Source: an uncultured Acidimicrobiales bacterium (lineage in GTDB: Bacteria > Actinomycetota > Acidimicrobiia > Acidimicrobiales > RAAP-2). Taken from it: DNA of 64,000 nucleotides. Where the stretch lies: positions 55,481 through 119,480 of the forward strand of contig CAVSET010000003.1 of the NCBI GenBank assembly GCA_963727075.1, read 5' to 3'. The notes below the pieces were generated by a model that was not told where the DNA came from, searched no databases, and saw only the letters and a list, made by a program, of their open reading frames with translations. A program made the position numbers and the translations under genes. Positions 48,297 through 58,729 of the stretch are shown here, piece by piece; position 1 is the stretch's first letter; the number at the start of each line of letters is the position of its first letter.

Positions 48297-49169
48297 ATGC
48301 GCGTCGCCGCCATCCAGACCACGGCCGGTGAGGACCGGTCGTCCAACCTGGCTGCGGCCCGGTCCCTCGTCGAGGAGGCCGCCCGGTCGGAGGCCGAGCT
48401 GGTCGTGCTGCCCGAGTACTTCTCGGTGGCCGGAAGCCCGGCCGTGCTCCGGGCCCAGGCCGAGGAACTGGACGGGCCGACCACCCGATGGGCCCGCGAT
48501 CTGGCCCGCCGTCTCGGCATCCGCCTGGTGGCGGGGAGCTTTCCCGAGCGGCCGGCGCCCTCGGTTGGCACCGACGGGCGCCTGTTCAACACCAGCTGTC
48601 TCATCGGCCCCACCGGCTCGGTCGAGGCCGTGTACCGCAAGATCCACCTCTTCGACGCGGACATCGACGGCCAGGCCCTGCGGGAGTCGGCGACCATCGC
48701 GCCCGGCTCGACGGCATGCACCCACACGCTCGACGACGGGTCCGAGCCCCCTGGGACGCCACCGCCGGTGCTCGGCATGTCCATCTGTTACGACCTGCGG
48801 TTCCCCGAGCTCTACCGGATCCTGGCCCTCTGCGGGGCCACCATCGTGGCGGTGCCGGCCGCCTTCACCGCCACCACCGGCCCCGCCCATTGGGAGCTGC
48901 TCCTCCGGGCCAGGGCGGTCGAGAACGAGGTGTACGTGGTGGCGGCCGGCCAGGTCGGGAAGCTCCCGGCCGGGATGCCCGCCTGCCATGGCCACTCGAT
49001 GATCGTCGATCCGTGGGGCTCGGTGATGGCCGAACAGCAGGCCACGGACCCGGGTATCATCCTCGCCGACCTGGACCTGGGCCGCCTGCACCGGATCAGG
49101 ACCGAGCTGCCGGTGTTGGCGAACCGTCGGCCGTCGACCTACCGTTGGCCCGATGACAGCGCCAGGTAG
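48297..49169 (+). CDS. Carbon-nitrogen hydrolase (nitrilase superfamily)
   Basis: ATG 48297 starts MRVAAIQT.... It contains LVVLPEYF, YRKIHLFD and MSICYDLRFPELY, which supply the Glu-Lys-Cys triad. Confidence 0.85.
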   Translation: MRVAAIQTTAGEDRSSNLAAARSLVEEAARSEAELVVLPEYFSVAGSPAVLRAQAEELDGPTTRWARDLARRLGIRLVAGSFPERPAPSVGTDGRLFNTSCLIGPTGSVEAVYRKIHLFDADIDGQALRESATIAPGSTACTHTLDDGSEPPGTPPPVLGMSICYDLRFPELYRILALCGATIVAVPAAFTATTGPAHWELLLRARAVENEVYVVAAGQVGKLPAGMPACHGHSMIVDPWGSVMAEQQATDPGIILADLDLGRLHRIRTELPVLANRRPSTYRWPDDSAR

Positions 49170-49236
49170 CACCTCGCCGGAGGCCGATGGGGGCGGCCAG
49201 GCCGCGGCGGCCCGAGCTCGGAGCCACGCCTCGGCC

Positions 49237-50074
49237 ATGCCGCCATACGAAGTGGGCATGTTCGACTCGCAGGGGGTGCAGCTCTACTACGAGATCCACG
49301 GGCACGGGCCCCGCGTCCTGGTGTTCATGCACGGGATCCTCATGGACTCGAACATGAACCGGAGGCTGGCCAACGACCTGGCGGCCCGGGGCAACCGGGT
49401 GGTCCTCCTCGATCTCCCGGGTCACGGCCTTTCCGAGAAGCCGAAGCGCGCCTCCTTCCATCGGATGGACACCTACGCCGAGCACGTGGTCGCCCTGCTC
49501 GACCACCTCGGCGTGGACCGCGCCGTCATCGGCGGCGTCTCGCTCGGGGGGAACGTCAGCCTGCTGGTGGCGGCCCTGGCTCCCGAGCGGTGCCAGGGGC
49601 TGGTCATCGAGATGCCGGTGCTCGAGTGGGCGGTGCCGGCTGCGGCCGTCACCTTCGTTCCCATGCTGTTCTCCGTGCACTTCGCCCGCCCTGTGGTCAG
49701 ACGGGCGGCGTGGCTGCTCCGGCACCTGCCCCGGACCGGGTACGGCCCGCTCGACAGCGTGATGAACTCCCTCTCGAACGATCCGATCGAGATCGCCGCC
49801 GTGCTCCACGGCATCCTCGCCGGCCCCATCGCCCCGACGGTCGACCAACGGTCCGGGATGGAGATGCCCGCGCTGGTCGTTGGCCATGAGGTCGACCGGC
49901 TCCACCCGTTCCACGATGCCGTCGAACTGGCCCGCCGGCTGCCGAACGGCCGGCTGGTCCAGGCCAACTCCATGCTGGAGCTCCGGATGCGCCCCGATCG
50001 CCTCACCGACGAGATCGCCCACTTCCTCGACGACGTCTGGCTCCCCCCGCCCGGCCCGACCTCGAGGCCGGCTG
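49237..50074 (+). pseudogene. Alpha/beta hydrolase; frame stays open to 50403, true stop probably at 50072-50074 after a homopolymer indel
   Basis: ATG 49237 starts MPPYEVGMFDSQGVQLYYEIHGHGPRVLVFMHG.... It has the nucleophile elbow GVSLGG. After ...HFLDDVWLPP the frame reads antisense through arfB. A 1-nt change in the C6 run at 50044-50049 gives ...ARPDLEAG followed by a stop. Confidence 0.65.
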
Positions 50075-50083
50075 AGCCACGCT

Positions 50084-50510
50084 CAGTCGTCCAGGTCCCG
50101 CCGTCGGGACCGCTTGCGCTCCGAGACCCGCCGCTTCTCCTCCAGGCGGCGCTCGGTCGCCCCGCGTGTGGGCCGGGTCGGCCGTCGCGGCTTCTGACGT
50201 GGAGCGCGGCCGCCACCCGGGCACAGAACCGCTCCGTCGCCAACTGCCGGTTGCGCGCCTGGGAGCGCTCGTCGTCGGCCACCACCCGGATCTCGGGGCC
50301 CAGGCGGTCGAGCAGCCGGGCCCGCTGGCGGGGGCCGAGCGACGTCGACTGGGCCACATCGAAGCGCAGCTCGACCCGGGTGCTCACCTTGTTGGCGTGC
50401 TGACCCCCGGGCCCCCCGCTCGGGCTGAACCGGTACTGGAGCTCTGAGCGCGGGACGGAGAGGGACGGAGTCACCCGGATCATCCCCGCCTCGTCGGCGG
50501 CCTCGGTCAC
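50084..50510 (-). pseudogene. arfB: Alternative ribosome-rescue factor ArfB (peptidyl-tRNA hydrolase), one frameshift near the 3' end
   Basis: The GGQ motif lies in FSPSGGPGGQHANKVSTRVELRFD. The basic tail QKPRRPTRPTRGATERRLEEKRRVSERKRSRRRDLDD followed by a stop is in another frame from about 50195. The GTG start at 50510 overlaps the FAH gene stop (GTGA). ATG 50483 is an alternative start. Confidence 0.8.
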
Positions 50511-51391
50511 CGGTCGCCGCCGAGACCCGGGTCGGGCTCGTCCACCACCGGATTGGAAAGTTCCCCGACCCCCTCGATCGAGACCGTCACCGTGTCACCG
50601 GCCGCCAACCACCGCGGCGGGTCTTCCCCGGCGGCCACACCGGCCGGTGTCCCGGTCGAGATGAGCATGCCGGGCACCAACGTGAACGCCGCCGACAGGT
50701 GTTCGATCATCTGGGCACAGGTGAAGATCATGTCGGCGGTCGTCCCGTCCTGTCGGAGCTCGCCGTTCACCCAGGTGCGTACGGACAGGCGCTGGGGGTC
50801 GGCGATCTCGTCTGGGGTCACGACCCAGGGCCCGGTGGGCCCGTGCGTGTCGAAGCTCTTGCCCATCATCATGGTGGGCGCCCGCCACTGCCACTCCCTC
50901 ACGCTGACGTCGTTGACCACGGTGAACCCGGCCACCACTCCGAGGGCCTGGTCCGCCGACACATGGCGGCAGCGCCGACCGATCACCATGCCCAGCTCGC
51001 CCTCGTAGTCGACGGTGGACGACACCCGGGGGACCTCGATCGGCTCACCGGGCCCGATCACGCAGGTCGGTTGCTTGGAGAACCACGTCTGGAACTCGGG
51101 GCGGTCGTGCCCCAGCTCCTCCACATGGGCCTGGTAGTTGCGGGCGATGGCGATGAACGACGGAGGTCGAGGCACCGGTGCGGTCAGGTGGGCCACGGCC
51201 ACGGGGAGCCGTCTCGCCCTGGTGGCCGGGGCCCGGGCCAGGAGGGGCCGGGCATCCTCGCCCAACGCCAGCAACGCGGTCATGTCGCCCGGGAGCCCGA
51301 GCAAAGGATCCGTGAGGTCCACGATCTCATCGCCGACCACGAGCCCGGTGCGGATACCTTCGTCCCGGAAGCCCACCAGTCGCACGCCCAT
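50507..51391 (-). CDS. Fumarylacetoacetate hydrolase family protein
   Basis: 294-aa intact ORF with EGELGMVIGRRC, FTVVNDVSVREWQ and ISTGTPAGV blocks. Confidence 0.85.
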   Translation of the reverse strand: MGVRLVGFRDEGIRTGLVVGDEIVDLTDPLLGLPGDMTALLALGEDARPLLARAPATRARRLPVAVAHLTAPVPRPPSFIAIARNYQAHVEELGHDRPEFQTWFSKQPTCVIGPGEPIEVPRVSSTVDYEGELGMVIGRRCRHVSADQALGVVAGFTVVNDVSVREWQWRAPTMMMGKSFDTHGPTGPWVVTPDEIADPQRLSVRTWVNGELRQDGTTADMIFTCAQMIEHLSAAFTLVPGMLISTGTPAGVAAGEDPPRWLAAGDTVTVSIEGVGELSNPVVDEPDPGLGGDR

Positions 51392-51425
51392 GAACCTACC
51401 GGGGACGGCGCCCTACACTCGGGCC

Positions 51426-52196
51426 ATGCCCCACCCCGCTTCGATGCCATCGGGGTCCGGCGACCCCAGATTCACCGACCAGACGGTGCTGGTCACCGGG
51501 TCGTCGTCGGGCATCGGTGCATCGACCGCCCACCGGTTCGCCACCCTCGGGGCCACTGTGGTGGTCAACTCGTCGACGTCCGCGGAGGCCGGTCGGGCAC
51601 TCGCCGCCGAGATCCCCGGCGCCAGCTACATCCAGGCCGACATCTCCGACGAGGACCAGGCGCACGGGCTGGTCGACGGGGTCATCGAGCGCTGCGGCCG
51701 CCTGGACGTGCTGGTCAACAATGCCGGGACCACCCAGGTGATCCCCCACCACGACCTGGCCGGGGCCTCGCCCGAGGTGTGGCGGCGCATCTTCGACGTC
51801 AACGTCATCGGCACCTGGCAGGTGACGGTGGCCGCTGTCGATCATCTGCGCGCCTCCGGCCGGGGCCAGGTCATCAACGTCTCGTCCTTGGCCGGCGAAC
51901 GACCGACCGGCAGCTCGATCCCCTATGCCTGTTCGAAAGCGGCTGTGAGCCATATGACCCGCTTACTGGCGAACACCCTCGGGCCGGCGGTGAGAGTCAA
52001 CGCCGTGGCTCCGGGGCTGGTCGACACTCCGTGGACGGCCGACTGGGGGACGGTGCGGGAGTTCGTGAACGCCCAGGCCCCGCTGCAGCGCACGGCCACC
52101 CCCGAGGACGTGGCCGAGGTCATCGTGGGCCTGGCCCGATCCTCCTACGTGACCGGCGAGGTGGTGCTGGTCGACGGTGGGCTCAACCTGCGCTGA
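51426..52196 (+). CDS. SDR family oxidoreductase
   Basis: ATG 51426. It has TGSSSGIG (cofactor binding), NNAG and YACSKAA (catalytic YxxxK). Confidence 0.85.
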   Translation: MPHPASMPSGSGDPRFTDQTVLVTGSSSGIGASTAHRFATLGATVVVNSSTSAEAGRALAAEIPGASYIQADISDEDQAHGLVDGVIERCGRLDVLVNNAGTTQVIPHHDLAGASPEVWRRIFDVNVIGTWQVTVAAVDHLRASGRGQVINVSSLAGERPTGSSIPYACSKAAVSHMTRLLANTLGPAVRVNAVAPGLVDTPWTADWGTVREFVNAQAPLQRTATPEDVAEVIVGLARSSYVTGEVVLVDGGLNLR

Positions 52197-52209
52197 GCCG
52201 CCGAGGCGG

Positions 52210-52617
52210 TCACTGCAGGGTGGTGTCGATGGTCAGCCCGGTCAACAGCGTGCGGGTCACCGGGGTCCGGTCGGCGATCTCGGCCAGCCGCCGCCGCTGC
52301 TCGTCCGAGAGCTCCCCGTGCACGGTGACGGTGCGCTCGATGCGTTCGACCTTGCTGGCGCCGTCCCCCACCCGCAGCAGCCGGGCGCGCACGTTGATCG
52401 CCCCCAGCGCCCAGCCCTTGCGATTGGCATACATCCGCAGGGTGGCTGCCGTGCACTGGACCAGCCCGGCCAGCAGGAGCTGGTACGGGTTGGGGCCCTC
52501 GTCGTCGCCCCCCACGTCGGGGCCCTCGTCCGCCACCAGGCGGTGGCGTCCGGCCCGCACGTCGCCCCGGTAGCCGGTGGCACTCGTCACCGACGACCAT
52601 GGCGATCGCCTGTTCAC
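52210..52617 (-). CDS. OsmC family peroxiredoxin-like protein
   Basis: 135-aa ORF containing GPNPYQLLLAGLVQCTAATLRMYA...VTRTL. The start is uncertain. Confidence 0.75.
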   Translation of the reverse strand: MNRRSPWSSVTSATGYRGDVRAGRHRLVADEGPDVGGDDEGPNPYQLLLAGLVQCTAATLRMYANRKGWALGAINVRARLLRVGDGASKVERIERTVTVHGELSDEQRRRLAEIADRTPVTRTLLTGLTIDTTLQ

Positions 52618-53022
52618 CGTCGACCGGTGCCGCCTTGGAGGGGATCACTGCCACCGCCGGACGGGGAGCGGTCGACGGGTACCGGCGTCGAGCAATCCCC
52701 CGCTCGCACCACCCGTGGGTACGAGCCCGCCGGGAGCGGCGGCGTCGCCGACGAAGAGTTCGACGGCGTGTTTCCCAGGAGAGCCCTTCCATCATGCCTT
52801 CGTAGCACCGAACAACCAGGTCCGTGAAAGATCCGTGAAGAATCCGGCGCGGTCAGGCAGGGGCCGCGTACGGTCGCGCTTCCCAGGTGGCCTCGGGCAT
52901 GTGACAGTGGACGGGTGGGAACCGTATCCAGACCCGACCGGTGGCAGCAGCCCCGACCTCCGGAGCCGCCCGACAGTGCGAGTGACGTTCCGCCGGCCGC
53001 GTTGCGTCCCGAGCCGTGGATC

Positions 53023-53788
53023 ATGGCCGCGGCCATCGTCGCCCCGATCGCCACCGCCGCCGCGCTGATCCCCTGGCGGGACCGGCTCGACACGGCCGAC
53101 AACGCCCTCTTCCTGGTGGTGGTCATCGTGGCCGTGGCCAGCACCGGACGCCGGGCGGCGGCGGCGGTGGCCGCCCTGGTGTCCGCCCTTTCCTTCGACT
53201 TCTTCCTCACCCGCCCCTACTACTCATTCCGGATCACCCGCCACCAGGATCTGATCACCGAGATCCTCCTGCTGGTGGTGGGACTGGCCGTCGGCGAACT
53301 GGCCGCCCGCGGCCGCCAGCACCGCGCCGCGGCGTGGCAGGGTCGCCACCAGGTGGCTCTGCTCCATTCGGTCACCGAACTGGCGGCCACCGGCCAGGAT
53401 CCCGCAGGTGGTGGTGGCCGCGGCCGTTGAGGAGCTCCGGGATCTCCTCTACCTACGCGACTGCCGCTTCACCCGGCACCTCCCCGGCGACGTGACGGCC
53501 CAGCTGACGCCCGCAGGTGTGGTCAGGGTAGGTCTCGAGGCGTGGTCGACCAACGACCTCGGGCTGCCCACCCGGAGCATCGACCTGCCGGTACGAAGCG
53601 GCGGTTGGCTGCTCGGCCACTTCCTGCTCACCCCGACCCCGGGCAAGCCCGTCCCCCCCGATCGACTGCTGGTGGCGGTGGCCATCGCCGATCAAGTCGG
53701 TGCGGCACTGGCCGCCGAAGAGAACCCGAGCGGGTTGGCCGGAACCGGGGCCGGGCCGGGCGTGGCGCCCGACGACAAGGCACCATGA
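53023..53788 (+). pseudogene. DUF4118 membrane domain protein with uncharacterised C-terminal domain, one frameshift
   Basis: ATG 53023 starts MAAAIVAPIATAAALIPWRDRLDTADNALFLVVVIVAVASTGRRAAAAVAALVSALSFDFFLTRPYYSF (DUF4118 pattern). The frame changes near 53405 into ORF 53408-53788 (VVAAAVEELRDLLYLRDCRF...). Confidence 0.7.
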
Positions 53789-53795
53789 GCACACC

Positions 53796-53972
53796 ATGAC
53801 CGATGTCATCTATCTCGCCGTCATCCTGGTCTCCTTCGCCATCCTGGTCGGCGTGGTCCGGTTCTGCGCCCGTCACATCCTCGGCAGTGAGGGCGACCTG
53901 AGCAAGGCATCGGACCCGGCCTTCGCCGAAGAAGGCGGCAGGTCCACCTCGTCCGACCGGTTCCCTCGATAA
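53796..53972 (+). CDS. Small membrane protein (58 aa)
   Basis: ATG 53796 starts MTDVIYLAVILVSFAILVGVVRFCARHILG..., with one TM helix. It begins 8 nt after the DUF4118 gene. Confidence 0.45.
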   Translation: MTDVIYLAVILVSFAILVGVVRFCARHILGSEGDLSKASDPAFAEEGGRSTSSDRFPR

Positions 53973-54058
53973 CCGCGTCGGACCGATTCCGCCTCCCCCA
54001 GCCATGGACCGACCCTCCCGCCCCCGCCACCGGCCGGCCGCGGCTGGGCGACGGACCG

Positions 54059-54598
54059 GTGGGCGGTGCATCGTCGCGCTGCTGGCTTGTGCCGCCGCCG
54101 GTCGGGCTCGCCGCTTGTGGCGGAGGATCACCGCCGTCGGCGGCCCCCACGACGGCCCGGCCCAACCCCTCGGCATTGACCACGCCCGCATCCGATGCCT
54201 CGGTCCAGGTGCTCGGCGCCTACCGGGCCATGTGGACCGACCTGGTCAATGCGGCCAGGACCTCCGACTTCCAATCACCGCTCCTATCCCACCATGCGGC
54301 CGGTGAGGCGATCTCCCTCTTCGTGCAGGGGCTGGCCTGGGATCGGCTCCACGGCATCGTGACCAGGGGCGAGCCGGTCCTCCAGCCTCAGGTCACCGCG
54401 CTCTCGCCATCAGGAGCTCCCACCAGTGCAACGGTGGTCGACTGCTTCGACGACACCCACTGGGTCGAGTACAAGGCCACGGGCGGGCTGGCGAAGAATG
54501 CACCGGGCGGGCGTCGTGCCACCTCTGCCCATCTGCAGGAGTCCCATGGTGTCTGGAAGGTGACCCAGATCACCGTGGGAGCAACCGGCACCTGTTGA
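54059..54598 (+). CDS. Lipoprotein, function unknown
   Basis: 179-aa ORF with a lipobox-like VGLAAC and a possibly NTF2-like C-terminal part (WKVTQITV). Evidence is weak. Confidence 0.45.
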   Translation: MGGASSRCWLVPPPVGLAACGGGSPPSAAPTTARPNPSALTTPASDASVQVLGAYRAMWTDLVNAARTSDFQSPLLSHHAAGEAISLFVQGLAWDRLHGIVTRGEPVLQPQVTALSPSGAPTSATVVDCFDDTHWVEYKATGGLAKNAPGGRRATSAHLQESHGVWKVTQITVGATGTC

Positions 54599-54667
54599 GC
54601 CGAAACGTCCGAGGGCGGGACGTCCAACGTTGACGTCGTCGCAGTCATGAATCGTCAGCCGCATCAA

Positions 54668-55790
54668 CTATCCCGGAACACTCGAGAGCGGCATCCGCCG
54701 GGCGATGATGTGGACGTCGATGGCCGCCGGCGCGGCCAGTCGTGAGATCTTCCAAACTGTCGAGCCTCCACCCATCAGCTCCTGCCACCGACTGCGACCG
54801 CTCGAGCCGACCACGATCTGGGTGACATGCCGCTCAAGGGCGAAGTCGATGAGGGCGCGGGCCGGGTCGTCGGCCTGGATCTCGTTCCAGTCAGCCCCGA
54901 CATCGGCGGCCAACTGCTGCAGGGCGAGCAGCTGATCGTGGGGTGATCGACGGGCTTGCCGGCCGGCGACCACGTGGAGTACCTGGAGGTCGGCCTTGAT
55001 CCGGGCGGCCATCCTGGAGGCGCGACGGACGATCGCGTCGGTACCCGGTGCATCGGTGACCCCCACCAGGATGCGCTCGTGAGTGTCCCACACGGAGTCC
55101 TTCCGTTGATGCCGGAGGTACTCGAGCAGCTGATCCTCGGTCTCGTCGGCCAGGAAACGGAGGGCCAGCTCTCTCAATGCGGTCAGGTTGTCGGCTCGGA
55201 AATAGTTGCCTGAGCGCGTGGGGGACACTCTCGGGCGGGTAGATGTTGCCGTGGAGCATCCGACGGCGGAGCTGCTCCGGCGAGGAGTCGACCAGCTCGA
55301 TCTGGTCGGCCTTGCGGACCACCCAGTCCGGCACCCGCTCACGGACCGGCACCTCGACGATCCTCTCCACCGCGTCGGCGATGCTCTCGAGATGCTGGAT
55401 GTTGACAGTGGTGATGACGTCGATGCCGGCATTCGAGGATGTTCAAGCACGTCCTGCCAGCGCTTCTCGTTGCGACCCGAACCCGGAACGTTGGTGTGGG
55501 CCAGCTCGTCGACCAGGACCACCTTCGGATGGCGCTCGAGCACGGCATCGAGGTCCATCTCCTCGAAGCGGGAGCCCCGGTACTCCACGGTGCGTCGACG
55601 GATCACCTCGAGATCTTCGATCAGCTCCTCGGTGATCTGGCGCCCGTGGCACTCGACGAAGCCGATGGCCACATCGGCGCCCCGTTGTCTGCGGCGACGG
55701 CCCTCGTTCAGCATGGCGTAGGTCTTGCCGACCCCGGGGGCGGCACCCAGGTAGATGCGGAAGCGTCCGGTGGCCTCGACCGATGTAGGT
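54668..55790 (-). pseudogene. kdpD: Stand-alone KdpD N-terminal sensor domain plus Usp domain protein, about 3 frameshifts
   Basis: The N-terminal part reads GRFRIYLGAAPGVGKTYAMLNEGRRRRQRGADVAIGFVECHGR...DELAHTNVPGSGRNEKRWQDV. Frames change near 55447 and 55431 (LNILE / AGIDVITTVNIQHLESIADAVERIVEVPVRERVPDW...). A third change near 55205 leads to NYFRADNLTALRELALRF... and a Usp-like region (ERILVGVTDAPG...VTQIVVGSS). The stop is at 54668 with no kinase domain following. The 5' end is approximate. Confidence 0.8.
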
Positions 55791-55995
55791 CGGCGCGGTT
55801 CGCCGGCTGGGTCGACGGCTCCATCGAAATCGTCCGGTGGAGATCACCGACGACCCACATGGTGCTCGGGCCGCTTCAGCAGACCACCCGGGAGGTACCG
55901 ACCTGATCCCTCACTTCGGCCGGCTGACCGGGAGACCACGGCTCGACTGTTGGGACCGGACGGCGCCGAAGCGCCGCCTGCGGGCGCCAGAGGCT

Positions 55996-56643
55996 CACCG
56001 CAGTTTGGCGAGGGCCTCGTTCAGCTGCAGCACATTGATGTAGCTGCTGCCGAGGAAGCCCAGCTGGGCGCTGTTGTTCTCACGGGCGATGAGCGCCCGC
56101 AGGGCTGAGGGGGCGATGCCCGGTGGCCTTGGAGACCATCGGGATCTGGGCCATGGCGTCGGCCGCGGTGATGTCGGGGTCGATGCCGCTGCCCGAGGTC
56201 GTCACGAGGTCCGGGGTGGGGTTGACACCCCGCTGGTGCCAGTAGGCGACCAGCTGCCTGGGTGTTGCTCAGCAGGACCTTGGACCGAGGGCCGAGGTTG
56301 CTCGCCCCGGACTGGCCGGAGTTCAAGACTCCGGGCTTGCCGGGGAGTTGTTGGCCCCGAGCGGGTTGTCTCCCCCACCGGCGACCGGGCTCAACGAGCC
56401 GGCGTAGGGGCCGAGGGCGTCGGGCCGGCCTTGGAACACGCAGCTCCCGAGCGGGTGACCGGGGCACTTCGTCTGCGACCAGTTCTGGCCGATGAGGGTC
56501 GAGCCGTTGGCGGTGATCGAGCCGTCGGCCTGGTGCTTGAACAGCAGCTGGGCGACGCCGGTGCCGGCGAAGGCATAGACGAACCCGAAGAAGACCGTGA
56601 TCATCACGATCGAGATGAGTGAGCGGCGGAGATGGACGAGCAT
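55996..56643 (-). pseudogene. kdpC: Potassium-transporting ATPase subunit KdpC, about 3 frameshifts
   Basis: MLVHLRRSLISIVMITVFFGFVYAFAGTGVAQLLF...NGSTLIGQNW is followed by pieces in other frames: NSGQSGASNLGP; QLVAYWHQRGVNPTPDLVTTSGSGIDPDITAADAMAQIPMVSKATG; APSALRALIARENNSAQLGFLGSSYINVLQLNEALAKLR followed by a stop. Confidence 0.85.
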
Positions 56644-56656
56644 CAGAGGGTCTCCA

Positions 56657-58729
56657 TCAGTAGGCGTGCAGCGCGACGAGGACGAGGTCGATGAGCTTGA
56701 TGAAGATGAACGGGACGATGATCCCGCCCACCCCGTAGATCCAGACGTTTCGGCGCAGGATGGCCGCCGAGCCAGCGGCGCGGAACCTCACTCCGCGCAG
56801 TGCCAGCGGGATCAGCGCCACGATCACCAGCGCGTTGAAGATCACCGCCGACAGCACGGCGCTCTGGGGGCTGTGCAGCTTCATGATGTTGAGCGAGTTG
56901 AGCTGCGGGTAGGTGGCCACGAACAGGGCCGGGATGATGGCGAAGTACTTGGCCACGTCGTTGGCGATGGAGAAGGTGGTGAGCGAGCCCCGGGTGATGA
57001 GGAGCTGCTTGCCGATCTCGACCACGTCGATGAGCTTGGTCGGGTTGGAGTCGAGGTCGACCATGTTGCCGGCTTCCTTGGCCGCGGTGGTCCCGGTGTT
57101 CATGGCCACCCCGACGTCGGCCTGGGCCAGGGCCGGGGCGTCGTTGGTGCCGTCGCCGGTCATGGCGACCAGCTTGCCCGCCCTCCTGCTCGGTCTTGAT
57201 CAGGGCCATCTTGGCCTCGGGGGTGGCCTCGGCCAGGAAGTCGTCGACGCCGGCCTCCTGGGCGATGGCCGCCGCGGTGAGCGGGGTTGTCGCCGGTGAT
57301 CATCACGGTGCGGATGCCCATCTGGCGCATCTCGTCGAACTTGTCGCGGATGCCCTGCTTCACCACGTCCTTGAGCTCGATGACGCCGAGGATGTCCCGA
57401 CCGTCGGCAACCACCAGCGGGGTGGATCCGGCGCGGGAGATGCGCTCCACGAGCTCGTCGAGGTCGGCGGGAACGGTGCCGCCCTGCTCGCCGGACCCAG
57501 CGCTTGACCGAGTCGGCCGCGCCTTTGCGGATCTGGCGATGGTCGACGTCGAGCCCGGACATGCGGGTCTGCGCGGTGAACGGCACGAAGACGTGATCGG
57601 CCTCGAGCTCACGCTCTCGGATGTCGAAGCGCTCCTTGGCCAGCACGACGATGGAGCGGCCCTCGGGCGTCTCGTCGGCCAGCGAGGCGAGCTGGGCGGC
57701 GTCGGCGACATCCTGCTCGGTGTGCCCGCCGACCGGATAGAAGTCCGACGCCATGCGGTTGCCGAGGGTGATGGTGCCGGTCTTGTCCAGCAGCAGAGTC
57801 TGCACGTCGCCGGCCGCCTCCACCGCCCGGCCGCTCATGGCCAGCACGTTGCGCTGGACGAGGCGGTCCATGCCGGCGATACCGATGGCCGACAGGAGTG
57901 CGCCGATGGTGGTCGGGATGAGGCAGACCAGCAGCGACACCAGGACGACCACCGAGACCGTTGCCCCCGAATAGTGGCCGAACATCTGGAGGGTCACGAC
58001 CACGGGAATGAACACGATGGTGAGCACGGCCAGCAGGATGGTGAGTGCGATCTCGTTCGGGGTCTTCTGGCGGTTGGCCCCCTCCACTAGGGAGATCATC
58101 CGATCGAGGAAGGTGTGGCCCCGCTCCGCGGTGATGCGCACCACGATGCGGTCGGAGAGGACCTTGGTCCCGCCGGTCACGGCCGATCGGTCGCCCCCCG
58201 ATTCGCGGATGACCGGGGCCGACTCGCCGGTGATGGCCGACTCGTCGACCGAGGCGATGCCCTCGGTGATCTCGCCGTCGGAGGGGATGAGGTCGCCCGC
58301 CTCGCAGACGACCATGTCGCCCTTGCCCAGCTCCGCGGCCGGCACCTGCTCCTCGGTGCCGTCGGGCAGGAGGCGCCGGGCCTCGGTCTCCGACCGCATC
58401 CGGCGGAGGGTGTCGGCCTGGGCCTTGCCTCGGCCTTCGGCCATGGCCTCGGCGAAGTTGGCGAAGATCACCGTCAGGAAGAGCCAGACGGTGATCGACC
58501 AGGTGAAGGTGCTGGGATGGGCGATGGCCTCGATGAAGGTGATCACGGTGCCCACCAGGACCACGAACATGACCGGGTTCTTGATCTGGATCGCCGGGTT
58601 CAGCTTCTTGAACGAGTCGACCAGGGCCTGCCGGAGGATCTGGCCGTCGAAGAGGCTGCGGGCCTCGGCCACGCCGTGGGCCTCGGTTCCCGGCCCCGGT
58701 TGACCCGGCTGGGTGGCGGTCATGGTCAT
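56657..58729 (-). pseudogene. kdpB: Potassium-transporting ATPase subunit KdpB (P-type ATPase), 3 frameshifts
   Basis: ORF 57200-58729 carries the N-terminus up to [13 protein letters not shown] (phosphorylation site DKTGT). Frames change near 57500, 57285 and 57175. Later pieces are ...[18 protein letters not shown] and [26 protein letters not shown]...VALHAY followed by a stop. Confidence 0.9.
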
